28,435 nucleotides of DNA from Octopus sinensis (GCF_006345805.1 NW_021823723.1:1-28435); one strand, 5' to 3'. Shown: positions 1 through 12,948, counted from the first letter of the stretch. The notes: generated from the sequence alone by a model not told the origin. Translations and numbers: made by a program.

Positions 1-85
1 TGCACGCACGCATACTGAAATACAAGTATAAAAATGTAGCCATACACGGACTCATACGAACACATACACACACAATTTCTTTTAT

Positions 86-510
86 ACTCAGAACGTAACG
101 GCAGACGAAATACCTATTTCTTTATTACCCACAACGGGCTAAACATAGAGGGGGCAAACAAGGACAGACATAGGTATTAAGTCGATTAAAACGAACCCAG
201 TGCCTAACTGGTACTTAATTTATCGACCCCGAAAGGCAAAGTCGATCTCGGCGGAATTTGAACTCAGAACATAGCAGCAGACGAAATACCTATTTCTTTA
301 CTACCCACAAGGGGCTAAACACATAGGAGACAAACAAGGACAGACAAACGGATTAAGTCGATTATATCGACCCCAGTGCGTAACTGGTACTTAATTTATC
401 GACCCCGAAAGGATGAAAGGCAAAGTCGACCTCGGCGGAATTTGAACTCAGGACGTAACGGCTACGCATTTCGCCCGGCGTGCTAACGACTCTGCCAGCT
501 CGCCGCCTTA
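86..510 (-). mobile_element. tRNA-derived SINE family B, with tandemly reiterated ~180-nt 3' part
   Basis: Minus strand reads GGCGGCGAGCTGGCAGAGTCGTTAGC...GAGTTCAAATTCC (A/B-box-like), then GAGGTCGACTTTGCCTTTCATCCTTTCGGGGTCGATAAATTAAGTACCAG. The body from ATTTCGTC..GAGTTCAAAT to GAAATAGGT is repeated (junctions at 107-120 and 283-296). Same family at 26661-26880. Confidence 0.85.
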
Positions 511-1165
511 TTCATACACACACAAACGCATGCAAGTGTTTCAAAGAACACAAAACATACAAACGTGAACTCGCTATAAAACCAATCACAAACAAGATCA
601 CACATTCTCATACACTCACTCACAGATACGCACGCATGTACAACCACATACCCACAATTATATACACACACAGTAACACACTCACACACACATATACACA
701 CACTGCACCCTTCAAGCCGAACCAATAATCCTAAATTAAATCCCCACACGTGACTATAACCACCTGGTCAGGTATTGACGCTAAATCCTCCACCCTTCTG
801 CCGACCGTAACGTTACCTGTACATGTCAGCCTCGCCACTGGCTACAATTAACCTTAATGGCTGCATCTCACCGCAATCACATTAAACCCCGATACGTGCT
901 GATTGGCAACTTGGAGTTTCGGCTGAGAAGAGACACCGATCGAAGATTATCGATCACCGAGAAGTCTATATAATATCGCGGCCAGAAAATATTCTTCGGT
1001 TCTTCTGAAGAATGAGCTCCTACCAAACACGCTGAGTATTTGTCGTGCCATGTAATTATGATAGTTATCTGTGTGTGTGTGTGTTCGTATGTAGGTATGC
1101 GTGTATGCGTGTGGATAACACTATATGTGTGTGTGTGTGTTTATAAAAATGTGTGCATATGTGTG

Positions 1166-1327
<162 letters not shown>

Positions 1328-1415
1328 TCTCTCTCTCTCTCTATATATATATTGATATCAATATATATATATGTATGTATGTATATATGTGTGCGTGTGT
1401 GTGTATATATATGTA

Positions 1416-1624
1416 TACTCTTTTATTCTTTTACTTGTTTCAGTCATTTGACTGCGGCCATGCTGGAGCACCGCCTTTAATCGAACAACTCGACCCCGGG
1501 ACTTATTCTTTTTTGAGCCCAGTACTTATTCTATCGGTCTGTTTTGCTGAACCGCTAAGTAACGGGGACATAATAACACCAGCATCGGTTATCAAGCAAT
1601 GCTAGGGGGACAAACACAGACACA

Positions 1625-1672
<48 letters not shown>

Positions 1673-1838
1673 CATATATACGACGGGCTTCTTTCAGTTT
1701 TCATCTACCAAATCCACTCACAAGGCTTTGGTCGGCCCGAGGCTATAGTAGAAGACACTTGCACAAGGTGCCACGCAGTGGGAATGAACCCGGAAACATG
1801 TGGTTGGTAAACAAGCTACTTACCACGCAGCCGCTCCT
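1416..1838 (-). mobile_element. tRNA-derived SINE family A (CORE-like), full length
   Basis: Minus strand: GGAGCGGCTGCGTGGTAAG (A box), GGGTTCATTCCC (B box), GGCACCTTGTGCAAGTGTCTT (CORE-like), internal (TA)n(TG)n, tail GGTGCTCCAGCATGGCCGCAGTCAAATGACTGAAACAAGTAAAAGA. Confidence 0.9.
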
Positions 1839-1871
1839 ATTTGTATATATATTACATACATAAAGATTATA

Positions 1872-1910
<39 letters not shown>

Positions 1911-1913
<3 letters not shown>

Positions 1914-2104
1914 GGAGTAAACACATAATTTGAAACAAGGTGGAAAAAGAGTACTCCAAATACCAGTGGTAGAGTAATATGCTTTATTTTAAGCAGCAGA
2001 AAATTCAACAAAATCTGTTACTCTGAGTTTCTCGTTGCCGTTCATCAGACAGTTTTTGCTAGAAAAAACTGTCTGATGAATTTTCTGCTGCTTGAAATAA
2101 AGTA
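1911..2104 (-). mobile_element. Short non-autonomous HHR-bearing module with inverted end, probably Penelope-derived
   Basis: Flanked by (TA)n on both sides; 1981-2006 is inverted at 2077-2103 and 2041-2057 at 2065-2080; contains an HHR. Confidence 0.65.
2010..2057 (-). ncRNA. Minimal type I hammerhead ribozyme (stem II closing pair mismatched)
   Basis: aaaaaCTGT-CTGATGA-ACGGCAACGA-GAAA-CTCAGAG-TA/ACAGattttg; stem I CTGT/ACAG, stem III CTC/GAG, GUA site between 2019 and 2018. Confidence 0.75.
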
Positions 2105-2134
2105 TATATATATATATATATATATACGATATTT

Positions 2135-2289
2135 GTATGTTTTTACTTGTTTCAGTCATTACACTGCGGCCATGCTGGGGCATCGCTCTGAAGAATTTTT
2201 GTAGGACGAATCGATCCCAGTACTTATTGTATTTCGTTTTTGTTTTAAAGCTTGGTACTTACACTAATGTCTCTTTTACCGAACCACTA
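2135..2289 (-). mobile_element. 3' half of a family-A-related SINE
   Basis: Tail TGCCCCAGCATGGCCGCAGTGTAATGACTGAAACAAG and AAGTACTGGGATCGATT on the minus strand. Confidence 0.75.
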
Positions 2290-2327
2290 ATGGGTCAGAA
2301 AAAAGTAAATACTGGTCAACCTGGTGC

Positions 2328-3225
2328 CTGATTGTCGTCCCTTGCTCCACTTCGTGGCTAAACAGACTGGTGCGTTTGCTCTTCTGCTTCTTGTGGAATG
2401 GAAGGGTACTGCTTGTCAGCACCCGTTGCGTAGAGGACTGGGCACGCCGTGGCTGATGATGCGCCAACATTCGCTGAGGCTGCGACATCTCCAGCGATAC
2501 TTTAGCGTGAACAGGTGTGGTTGCCGCTTGTTAGACACGCTTTTCCTCAGCTCGTCTCCTTGACGGAGCTAAAGTCCTGGATCAAGCCTAGACCGAGACT
2601 GGGCGCTTGGCACCTAGAGTATCTCCAAACGGTCACAGCCCTCGACCAGTCGGGCAATGCTGTCGGCGGAAGTTTCCACCTTGGAGTTTTATAGGGGATT
2701 AGTGGAGGGCAAGAGCGAAGACGATCTCGGAGAGACTCTGGGCGTTGAGAGGGATCAACTGGCTGGTCTCTTCCGGAGGACTTTCGGGCCGGGGCCTATG
2801 GATAATTTCCGGAAATCTCTAGACTGGCAGTGCTATCGGGGGGGGGGGGGGCGTTGCCGGTTCGTTGCCGGCACGGACGTGCAGTCAGACAATCTTGTCC
2901 GAGGTGCATGTGGAGCGAGGAAACTGTTCTGCATGCACTAGTACTGTGTCTGCTCATTGCTGACTTGTAGAGCTTCGTCGAACAGTTATTGTCACCTGTA
3001 AGACGGACCCAGTTATCGTCTGAGCCCATCGTGAAGATTGCCCCGCCACCTTCCTTTGGTCGGGAAGGAAAGGTAGTTTTTCTCTGGTAGCTATGACGAA
3101 GGAGGTTGTATGGTGGACACAATTGAAAGGTAGACTTTGTCTTTCGTCCCTTTGTTGTCGATAAAATAATGTGCCAGTGAAATACGGGGGACGATGTAAT
3201 CGACTTACATTCTCCATTCAAAATT
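2328..3225. other. GC-rich, coding-like decayed block, unassigned (probable retroelement part)
   Basis: GC content clearly above the surroundings, no microsatellite, broken ORFs on both strands with no motif I recognise; linked to the HHR module at 3437-3804 by a 38-bp inverted match. Confidence 0.35.
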
Positions 3226-3301
3226 TCAGGCCTTGTGTGTGGAGTAGAAATATTGCCATTATTTTCTGCCTTCCATGTTTCATAATTTCGGAGATCTATT
3301 A

Positions 3302-3804
<503 letters not shown>

Positions 3805-3869
3805 TATTAATTTGCCTGTACGGCTGATAATTCGCTACCATTGTGATGGTATTTTAATAATACCATCCC

Positions 3870-4146
<277 letters not shown>

Positions 4147-4229
4147 TATGCTTGTTATGTCTCAAATGTGTTTTTTGTCTGAATTATTATTTCGTCTTTG
4201 TCGTTCCTTACATAAAAAATTAAAACGGA

Positions 4230-4961
4230 AAGAGAGAGAGAGAGAGGAGAGAGAGAGAGGAGAGAGAGAGAGGGAGGAGAGAGAGAGAAGGAAGAAGGTG
4301 GGCAAAAGGAAGAAGGCAAAAAGCAAAAAAAGGAAAAAGAGAAAGGTGGACAAAAAAGGGAGGGAAAGGAGGGAAAAAAGAGAAAGAGATAGGGAGAGAG
4401 AAAAGCAGAGAGAGAGAGAGAGAGAGAGTGTGTAGAAGCGAGAAAAAGAGAGAGAGGAAGGGAGAAAGGAAGAAAGAGAGAGGTAGACAAAAAGAAAGAG
4501 TGAGAGAGAAAGTGAAAGAGAAACAAGGAAAGAGAAAAGGAGAGAGAAGGAGAGAGAAGGAGAGAGAAGGAGAGAGAGAGAGATACTTAGTGAGACAGAG
4601 GGAGACAGACGGAAAGAAACAGAGGGAGAGAAATAGAGGGAAAGAAAGAAAGTAGAGAGAGAGAAAGAGAGAAACAGAGAGAGAGAGAGAGACAGTGGGA
4701 GAGAAAAATAGAGAGAGGGAAGAGAGAAAGAAGGTGAAAGAGAGAAACAGGGAGAGAGAGAGAAAGGGAAAGAGAAGGAGAGAGAGATACTTAGTGAGAC
4801 AGAGGGAGACAGACGGAAAGAAACAGAGGGAGAGAAATAGAGGGAAAGAAAGAAAGTGGAGAGAGAGAGAGAGACAGTTGTAGAGAAAAATAGAGAGAGC
4901 AGGAAGAGAGAAAGTGAAAGAGAGAGAGAGAGGGAGAGAGGGAAGAGAGAAAGAAAGTGAA

Positions 4962-4994
<33 letters not shown>

Positions 4995-4997
4995 GGG
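4230..4997. repeat. GA-rich polypurine tract with ~204-bp internal duplication
   Basis: Almost all purines on the + strand; GATACTTAGTGAGACAGAGGGAGACAGACGGAAAGAAACAGAGGG occurs at 4582 and 4786. Confidence 0.92.
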
Positions 4998-5225
4998 ATC
5001 TTCAAAGCAAAAAAGGTCGAACCAATATTAGCTGAAGTGTAATATTATTTATATTGGATATTTATATTGGTTGTTATGAAGCAGCGACATTGAGTGAAAA
5101 GCAACGGTTATTAGGTTTGAGTGGAGGATTTGAGTGTATCGATAGGATGGTATCGATACAGTTTAGAACCAAACGAACGAGAAACGGACGGACACACACA
5201 CACACACACACATATATCACACTCT

Positions 5226-5440
5226 TGTGTATGTATGTATGTATGTATGTATGTATGTATGTATGTATGTATGTATGTATGTATGTATGTATGTATGTTG
5301 TGTATGTATGTATGTATGTGTGTGTGTATGTATGTATGTATGTATGTATGTATGTGTGTATATGTGTATGTGTGTATGTATGTATGTACGTGTGTATGTG
5401 TGTATGTGTGTATGTATGTATGCATGCATGTATGTATGTA
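5226..5440. repeat. (TATG)n microsatellite
   Basis: TATG tract decaying into TG; similar at 8327-8410 and ~15190-15335. Confidence 0.95.
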
Positions 5441-6167
5441 CTGGCTGCCCCCACATATGTAGATTTTATTCGAAGCTGATTACGAATAACATTTACGCTT
5501 TATTGAAAGTCAAAAGAAAGACTTTATACATAAATAAATATAAAATCGTAAACCTTTTCAACTTTTCTTCTCTAACGGACATACGGAGAAAAAGAATTTA
5601 AAACGTTCTCCATAAGTTTTAAGGAAACGATTTTTGCCAACGTAAGGGAGATAACTCACATTAACTCCGTAATGAGTGAAACTGAACTGATCGATTCTTC
5701 ACGAAACGATGTTTGTGTGTGTGAATGTAAAGACACACGCACACATACACATGCACACACACACAAACACACATAGACATACATATCCACTGAGAGAGAG
5801 GGGGCGGCGGTGAGAGAAAGTGAGAGAGAGAAGGAGAGAGAAAGTGAGAGAGAAAGAGAGTGAGAGGGAGAGAGAGAGAGGGGGAGGGAGGGTTCAGAAA
5901 CAGCATACTTCAAAGCTAGGTGTAAGAAATCGACTGGGATGTGAAAGAGATGGACAGCTACATATATTTCGGAGTTATTTCCCCTGAACAGTCTCATACG
6001 CTTCCACTTGCGAAAAAAATATTTATCTAACTTCTGATCACCGCCCCCCACACGCATATATATATATATATGGGTGACAGAATAGAGTGACACATTCTTC
6101 ATATATAAATGTGTGTGTGTATATATATGTATGTATGTATGTGTCTATGTACGTATGTATATAAATA

Positions 6168-6934
6168 TAGGATAGTGGTACAACAACGCACCAATATTTA
6201 CTGGAAATAACAGTATATATATATATATATATATATGTGAAAATAATAATGCAATACGAAATTATTGCTTTCCAGTAAAAGATAGCCCGTAAGGGTAAAA
6301 TTATACATATAAAAGTAAATAAATGGTACAAAGAAGCACCGATACTTACTGGAAAATAGCGATCGTAATAAATACGACGCTATTGTATAGCTTCACTGCG
6401 TATATACTAGCAAAGTCGCGTGTGTGCAACAAACATGAAAAAAATTTGTCTTACCTCTAGGAAGAACATCTGATGAATGGACAACCTAGAATCGAATAAT
6501 GCAGGACCGGTTTCTGACTCTTCAAATACGTTTGACAACGTAAATTTGATTTGTCCTCATCAGCTGCATATACCTAGACAAAATTTCACATGTTGCCACA
6601 TCTATGCCAGTACACTCGTCTGAACGCCATAACGTTAACAGAACGATAACAGTGAAGAAGTTTCAATGAAAATAATAAGGCAATACGAAAGTATTGCTTT
6701 CCAGTAAGAGATAGCCCGTAAGGGTAAAATTATACATATAAAAGTAAATAAATGGTACAACGAGGCACCGGTATTTACTGGAAAATAGCAATCGTGATAA
6801 ATATTAATGTTTGTTGCACACACGCGTCTTTACTAGTATATACGCAGTGAAGCTATACAATAGCGTCGTATTTATTACGATTGCTATTTTCCAGTAGATA
6901 TCGTAGTGGTACAGGATAGTGGTACAACAACGCA

Positions 6935-6942
<8 letters not shown>
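6168..6942 (-). mobile_element. HHR-bearing module with nested direct and inverted repeats (Penelope-type)
   Basis: Direct repeat ~6238-6370 / ~6667-6800; inverted repeat ~6347-6436 / ~6807-6896; direct repeat GGATAGTGGTACAACAACGCACCAATAT at ~6170 and ~6914. Confidence 0.7.
6499..6569 (-). ncRNA. Type I hammerhead ribozyme
   Basis: ATGCAG-CTGATGA-GGAC...GTCA-GAAA-CCGG-TC/CTGCAT; perfect 6-bp stem I, palindromic ACCGGT, extended stem II (TCAAAT/ATTTGA, ACGTT/AACGT), G.A mismatch at the stem II closing pair; GUC site between 6505 and 6504. Confidence 0.85.
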
Positions 6943-6997
<55 letters not shown>

Positions 6998-7170
6998 ATA
7001 TATAATTGCTTTGCAAGATTTTTTATGTGAAATCGTGTGTTGAAACAGATATTATTGTATTTCGGAATGGTCATTTTGCCAGTTTAGCCAATAAAAACAC
7101 ACGCACTATATATTTGGTGTTATTTTGCTTCAGTGATATTTATTTTTTACATTAATCTTAATCTTATTTC

Positions 7171-7215
7171 GGCCAGAGTTCTTTCGTCACACTCCTGTGA
7201 CCGCATCAGTGGTCC
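7171..7215 (-). ncRNA. Degenerate hammerhead ribozyme in a TA-flanked repeat module (~7015-7300)
   Basis: GGACCA-CTGATGCG-GTCAC AGGAGT GTGAC-GAAA-GAAC-TC/TGGCC; perfect 5-bp stem II, but CG where A9 is expected, weak stem III and one stem I mismatch. Confidence 0.55.
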
Positions 7216-7696
7216 TTTGTTTTCTTCTTTCTTATTTGTGTGTCTCCCCTTACTAACCGTCAGCCATTTTGTATTTCTATTGTATGTGTCTTCATTTGCG
7301 CATGCGTATATCTCTATGTGCGTCTATGTTTAGTTAGGGTGTATGTGTGTGTGTGGGGGTGGGCTGTAATATTTGTATCTTCTGTTTATATACGTTCGTG
7401 TAATTTGTTTTTGTTTTTGTTTTTGTATATTCTTATTTTGTTCATGTGTTTACACCCACTTATTATTATTATCATTATTATTACTTTCTTTTTTTCTTCT
7501 TTCAAATTTTCTTCCATTTCTTGCCGAGTGTCTTCCCGACTCCTAGGGCAAAGAAACTCATAGTGTATATTGGTAGGCCATTAAACCAAACTCAGTAGTT
7601 CGTTAATTTTTAATTTTTTTTCTTTATTTTTTTTTCTTTAAAGTTAAATTAAAATGCATGAGCAGCAACAGTTCTCACATCTACAATGCTCTTCTC

Positions 7697-7727
7697 AATT
7701 ATTATTATTATATTATTATTATTATTA

Positions 7728-7766
<39 letters not shown>
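7697..7766. repeat. (TAT)n microsatellite
   Basis: Direct inspection. Confidence 0.95.
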
Positions 7767-7889
7767 GTATTTATGTATGTATGTATGTATAACAATAATA
7801 ATAGTAATAATAATAATTAAAAAAATGTATATAGTTATTTACTTCCATTTGTTTATTTATCTGTGTATTTTATTTTATTGTTTTCAGTT

Positions 7890-8285
7890 TTGTTTATATT
7901 GTAACCAGTTTATGGGGATCTTCTTCTGTCATATGTTGTGGTGTGTGCTAGTGTTCCATTCCAGTTTCCTATTCATGCAATAAGCATCTTTACATGACTG
8001 ATGGTCTTACGTAAACCAGTTATCTTTTGCTCCGTCCTCAAAACCCATGATGGTACTTTCTTTGTTATTACAGTAGTAGCCAGAGCATATAGACAGGCGT
8101 TAATCTGCCAGTATGTGGGTTCATTACACTGTTGAAAATACTCATCACCAATTTCGTTAACAGCTTTTAATACCGTATCTGGTGGTTTTTTACTTACTTT
8201 GGTAGAGAATACTCTCTCCTCGAGAAAATCCTTCAAAACCAAAGTTATCTTTTTCTCGGAAAATTTCAGTAAGGGCACATATCAC
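7890..8285 (-). mobile_element. Non-LTR retrotransposon fragment, pre-RT region, R4/Dong-like
   Basis: YWQINACLYALATTV...KKVPSWVLRTEQKITGLRKTISHVKMLI resembles the remembered IN..Y.AA.T..P.W..R+E.KI..LRK.IS pattern upstream of the RT in R4/Dong elements. Confidence 0.55.
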
Positions 8286-8418
8286 CGACTATCACTATTA
8301 CTACAATAATCGCTGCGGTTGGGGTTATGTATGTATGTATGTATGTATGTATGTATGTATGTATGTATGTATGTATGTATGTATGTATGTATGTATGTAT
8401 GTATGTATGTATATATAT

Positions 8419-8452
<34 letters not shown>

Positions 8453-8917
8453 ATATATATATATATATACTGTATATAAGTATATAATATATATTTAAAT
8501 ATGAATCAGATGCAATTCGAGGTATACAAACAAAATCGATGTGAGTTGCCTCGCTTGACTGACTGCGAATTACTTTCAGGTGTTTTTTTTCTTCTGCACC
8601 AGGCGGCGCATAGAGAATATATTTTCTTACGCTTAAAAACCGCAGCCGACCCATGAACTAACAACACACACATCTTGTGTATGCGTGTTCCATTTTGTTT
8701 ATATACCTCAAGCTGCTTCTAATTCATATTTGAATTTTTCAGTGGCATGAAACGCTGGGACATGCCAGCAGATGGTTTTTAAGTGCATTTAGCATATAGT
8801 CGTAGTCGGCGATGTGTTTTGCAGAGAGCCTTGCTCGGGATCCGTCATTGATAAGCCAAACCAATGACGAAACATTGATTTCGCTCCGAGGAGGGACCTG
8901 ATGTGATCACACACACA

Positions 8918-8964
<47 letters not shown>

Positions 8965-9419
8965 CACACACACACACTAATAATTTCTTAAGTAACCAGA
9001 AGATGGATTTGGTATTGATCTTTATTTTGTACAATGGTCGTTTCGACCCATCCCACAATTGTCTCTTATGGGTGGTACTCCGTTCAGCATATTGTATTGC
9101 ATCCATTTTGCCGTCTGGGTCTCTCAAGGTACATCCATACATAAAGGTGTGCCTCACTAGAAATCTTGAGTTTTGGCAGTCATGTTGTTATATGCCCGTC
9201 TGTTTAGGGAATGAAACATTGATACGATTTTCAATTACTATTACCTTTAATACATGAGCGAGATGAGCAGCCAATTCATTCGCAGAATGCGATGGAAAGC
9301 TTCCTTTTTCGACAAAAATGATAAGCAACCGAACAAGTGGCTTCAACGGGAATTTGAACCACGGAACAATCCATCAACCAATAAACAAATCGCTAGATTC
9401 GAAGAAACCTTATACAACA

Positions 9420-9831
9420 TACTCTCTCTTTTACTCTTTTCTCTTCTACTTGTTTCAGTCATTTGACTGCGGCCATGCTGGAGCACCGCCTTTAGTCGAG
9501 CAACTCGACCCCGGGACTTATTCTTTTGAAAGCCCAGTACTTATTCTATCGGTCTCTTTTGCCGAACCGCTAAGTAACGGGGACATAAACACACTAGCAT
9601 CGGTTGTCAAGCAATGCTAGGGGGACAAACACAGAAACACAAACATATACACACACATGCATATATATATATACGACGGGCTTCTTTCAGTTTCCGTCTA
9701 CCAAATCCACTCACAAGGCATTGGTCGGCCGATGCTATATTAGAAGACACTTGCCCAAGGTGCCACGCAGTGGGACTGAACCCGGAACCATGTGGTTGGT
9801 AAACAAGCGTACTTACTATACAGCCACTCCT
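9420..9831 (-). mobile_element. tRNA-derived SINE family A, full length, inserted in the Penelope-like element
   Basis: Same head, CORE-like segment and tail as 1416-1838. Confidence 0.9.
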
Positions 9832-11556
9832 GCGCCTATAGCAAAAATTCTACAAAATTGTAGAATTTAGAAAAGAGAAGACACAGAAGGAAGAACTGAC
9901 ACAAAGAAAAACTAAAGAAACTTCTTGATGAGTTTGAGAAGTTCCCGGAAATACTTGTATCAGCGGATAAAACCAGTAATATTTACACTGATGATTTTGA
10001 TCTTTATAAGAATTTAATACGTAAGAAGCTAAGTGGTAAATACAGACAAGCACACTCTGAAACACTAAATAAAATCAATAGACGGGGATTATAAATAGTG
10101 AACCACCTAGATATACACGATAGAACTTTCGGATAGGCCCGAAACTTATGCACCAAGAAAACCTCGGAAAACGCTGAAAGACCATAAACCGAATTTTCGG
10201 AGTGTCCCCTCAATTAGACTAACCTGCCCCTTGAAATCGCACAGCGGGAGAATAGGTAAGACGATAATAGAGAGAATACTGCCAAAAGTAAGATCTAAAA
10301 GCACTTTAACACTGTGGTCAGACACACAGGGCGTAATCGGGTGGTTCAACCAACTAGAAATAAATAAACATAGTAAATTCATTCAACTGGACATCGAGGG
10401 ATAGTACGCCAACACGACCCCTATATTCTTAAATAAGGCATTAATCTACGCTAAGAGTAATTCAGATATTTCTAGATGCGAAATCGACGTAATACTAGCG
10501 GCGTGCGGAACCATTGTAGATTTTGATGGTAAACTGTGGAACCGGTTCGATAGAGAAGACGCATTCGATATTGCTATGGGATTCTTGGATTCTGCACAAG
10601 TCACCGATCTAGTCGGAGTCTACATCCTATCCCTGATCCAGTCCTTTCTCCCAGGAATCTGCGTTATTCTCCATAAATATATTAAGTAGGGTAAAGCGAG
10701 AAAAGCACAAAAAATCTTTGGATTCTGAATAAACATAGATAACAAATACCATAGGGTAAGTTTCTTAGACGCTACTTTCAATTTAGATATTGGGCTGCAC
10801 GAACCATTTCATAAGTCCAATGAGATAAACAATGGATCAAATCATCTATCATATACTATTAGGGGACTAGTTAGGAGCATTTCCGCCAGAATATCTAGAT
10901 TATCCGCCAACAAAGATATTTTAACAAACACGCAGCCTATTATAACGCTACTCTAGCCACGGCCGGCTACCGTGCGAAAATCTGATACGCGGGTAGTAGT
11001 AGGAATAATAATAACGATCCTATTAAACCAAATAGCTCAGCGAGTAGTAGTAAGAGTAATTATATTAACACAGAGTGCTCAGGGAATAACCCCACAAGAC
11101 ATGGCACTAACCACTCGCACAACGTTCAAAACCGACGTAAAGGTATCCCAAACCATAAGAATAGGGCAATCAGAAGTAGGTACATGAGAACTAATAATGG
11201 GATAGAAAAAAACAGAAGCGGACAATAAACCAGCACAATTAAACACAGGAAAGCGCAAAATCTCAACGTCACCCCAAACACCCGAACAAATAAACCGAAT
11301 AGGAAATACAAGAATCATGATGTCCTCTGGTACAATGCGATCTGGGGCTCGAACATCTCATCCAGGATCGGGAAACAGTTCTTCGCAGCACTCGATTGTT
11401 GCTTCCCTAAAAACAGCACGTACAGCCAGCTGTTCAACCGGCACACTGTAAAGCAAGCATGTGCTAACGCATCGAAGATGGAGCACCACATTCATAGAAT
11501 TAACAGTCAAAAAGTAAGGCATCATGTAGGCAGCATCGAAAATAGGGCATCAAAAA

Positions 11557-12264
11557 TTGACGGTGACGTATAACAACCCTAGAGACAGTGCAAATACCAA
11601 CCACATAACGCACCACAGTAACAGTGACTCGAACAATAATACAAACCAACAGAGAAAAAACAACTGCAACAAACTTACTAACCAACTAACACATGATAGA
11701 CACAACAACACAAATGCACCAAGCAATAATAAAAATAATAATAATAGGGTAGCCACAAGCACGAATGGAAATAGAACCGACCAGAGAGATACCGGCTGTA
11801 CACACGCAAACAAGAAAACTGACAATCTTTGCTCATGCTGGTACAGTTCGAAATGTCCTCTGGGTAACCAATGCAAGACCCGAAATGTCGTGTACAAGTG
11901 CACTGTAGATATTATAGGACGTCTCTACGTATATATTTGTGCATCGGTTGATATTTTCAAAAATAGATATAGAAACCACATAGTCAACTTTTGTAAAATC
12001 CTTAAACGGCACGCAACATCATTGGCCAATTTCATTTGGCGACTCAAGGAAGAGAAAGTAAAATACGATCTGACCTGGTCAATAATTAAACACGTGAGTC
12101 CCTACAACACACTATTCCGGAAATGTCAGCAATGTTCCGAGGAATCGCTGTCAATAGAGCGAATTATTAATAAATTTGCTGAAGGACTGCCCAGATGCAT
12201 GCATACACCTAAACACCAGTTCACACAGTACAATGCAAACTACCCTAGCATAGGACACTTGTAG
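11557..12264 (+). pseudogene. GIY-YIG endonuclease remnant of the Penelope-like element
   Basis: Cys-rich CSC..CPLG..C motif, VVYKC...YIC (degenerate GIY-YIG), FKNRYRNH, C-terminal CQQC...C.H. Confidence 0.85.
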
Positions 12265-12460
12265 AACGTAACAGTTAGTAACTAGAGTATAACTTTTGCA
12301 AAAGACGTACTCGACTGATTAACTAAAGAGACAAAAGTTTACTTTATTGCGTTGATTATGCACAGACACAGTTGTATCTGTGTATGTTCCTACATGATCC
12401 CTTGGACGGAACCGTGGGACACTAAAGTGTGCAGACTAAAGGTACTATAGAAGCCCTTCG

Positions 12461-12510
<50 letters not shown>

Positions 12511-12518
12511 TATATAAC

Positions 12519-12556
<38 letters not shown>

Positions 12557-12901
12557 ATATGTAGATAATATAATGTATACACTAACGTAATAGAAGAATT
12601 AATCTATAGATGATTATCTAAAGAGGTAAAAACATACCTTTCTATATCATTACACTTGTGTGCAGATATTGATGTTCATATAAGTTTAGATATGTAACCT
12701 TACAATGCCGCCATATATTATTAATAATAATAATAATAATAATATATGTCAACAATTAGTTACCGCTTGAAAAACTAACGAGATGCAGGAATGTGTATAT
12801 GTATGTGTGCAATTATAAGTGTGCGTGTGGGGGCGTGTGTAGATATACGTATACATGTGGTTGGGAAGCAAATTTCTTAACATACAGCCACGCCTGTGTT
12901 C

Positions 12902-12948
<47 letters not shown>

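Larger units (their letters stand above)
9190..12460 (+). mobile_element. Decayed Penelope-like retroelement (RT + GIY-YIG endonuclease), probably Poseidon-type
   Basis: Across frameshifts and stops: FIRRMRWKASFF; ADKTSNIY; LKDHKPNF..IRLTCPLKSHSGRIGK; VIGWF; KFIQLDIEG; FDIAMG..AQVTDLVGVYIL; VSFLDATFNL; SNH; IGKQFFAALDCCFP..LFNRHTVK; CSC..CPLGNQCKTRNVVYKC..YIC..FKNRYRNH..W.II..C..C..C.H. The YxDD region is missing and a SINE interrupts the ORF. Confidence 0.92.

Noticed and set aside
995-1050. Possible HHR at CTGAAGA (~1004)
   Set aside because: No stem II closure, GAAA or stem I partner found.
2657-2941. Plus-strand 94-aa ORF in the GC-rich block as a gene
   Set aside because: No recognisable domain or splice context, and it crosses a poly-G run.
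5680-5720. CTGATCGA...GAAACG motif
   Set aside because: Core spacing is wrong and stems do not pair.
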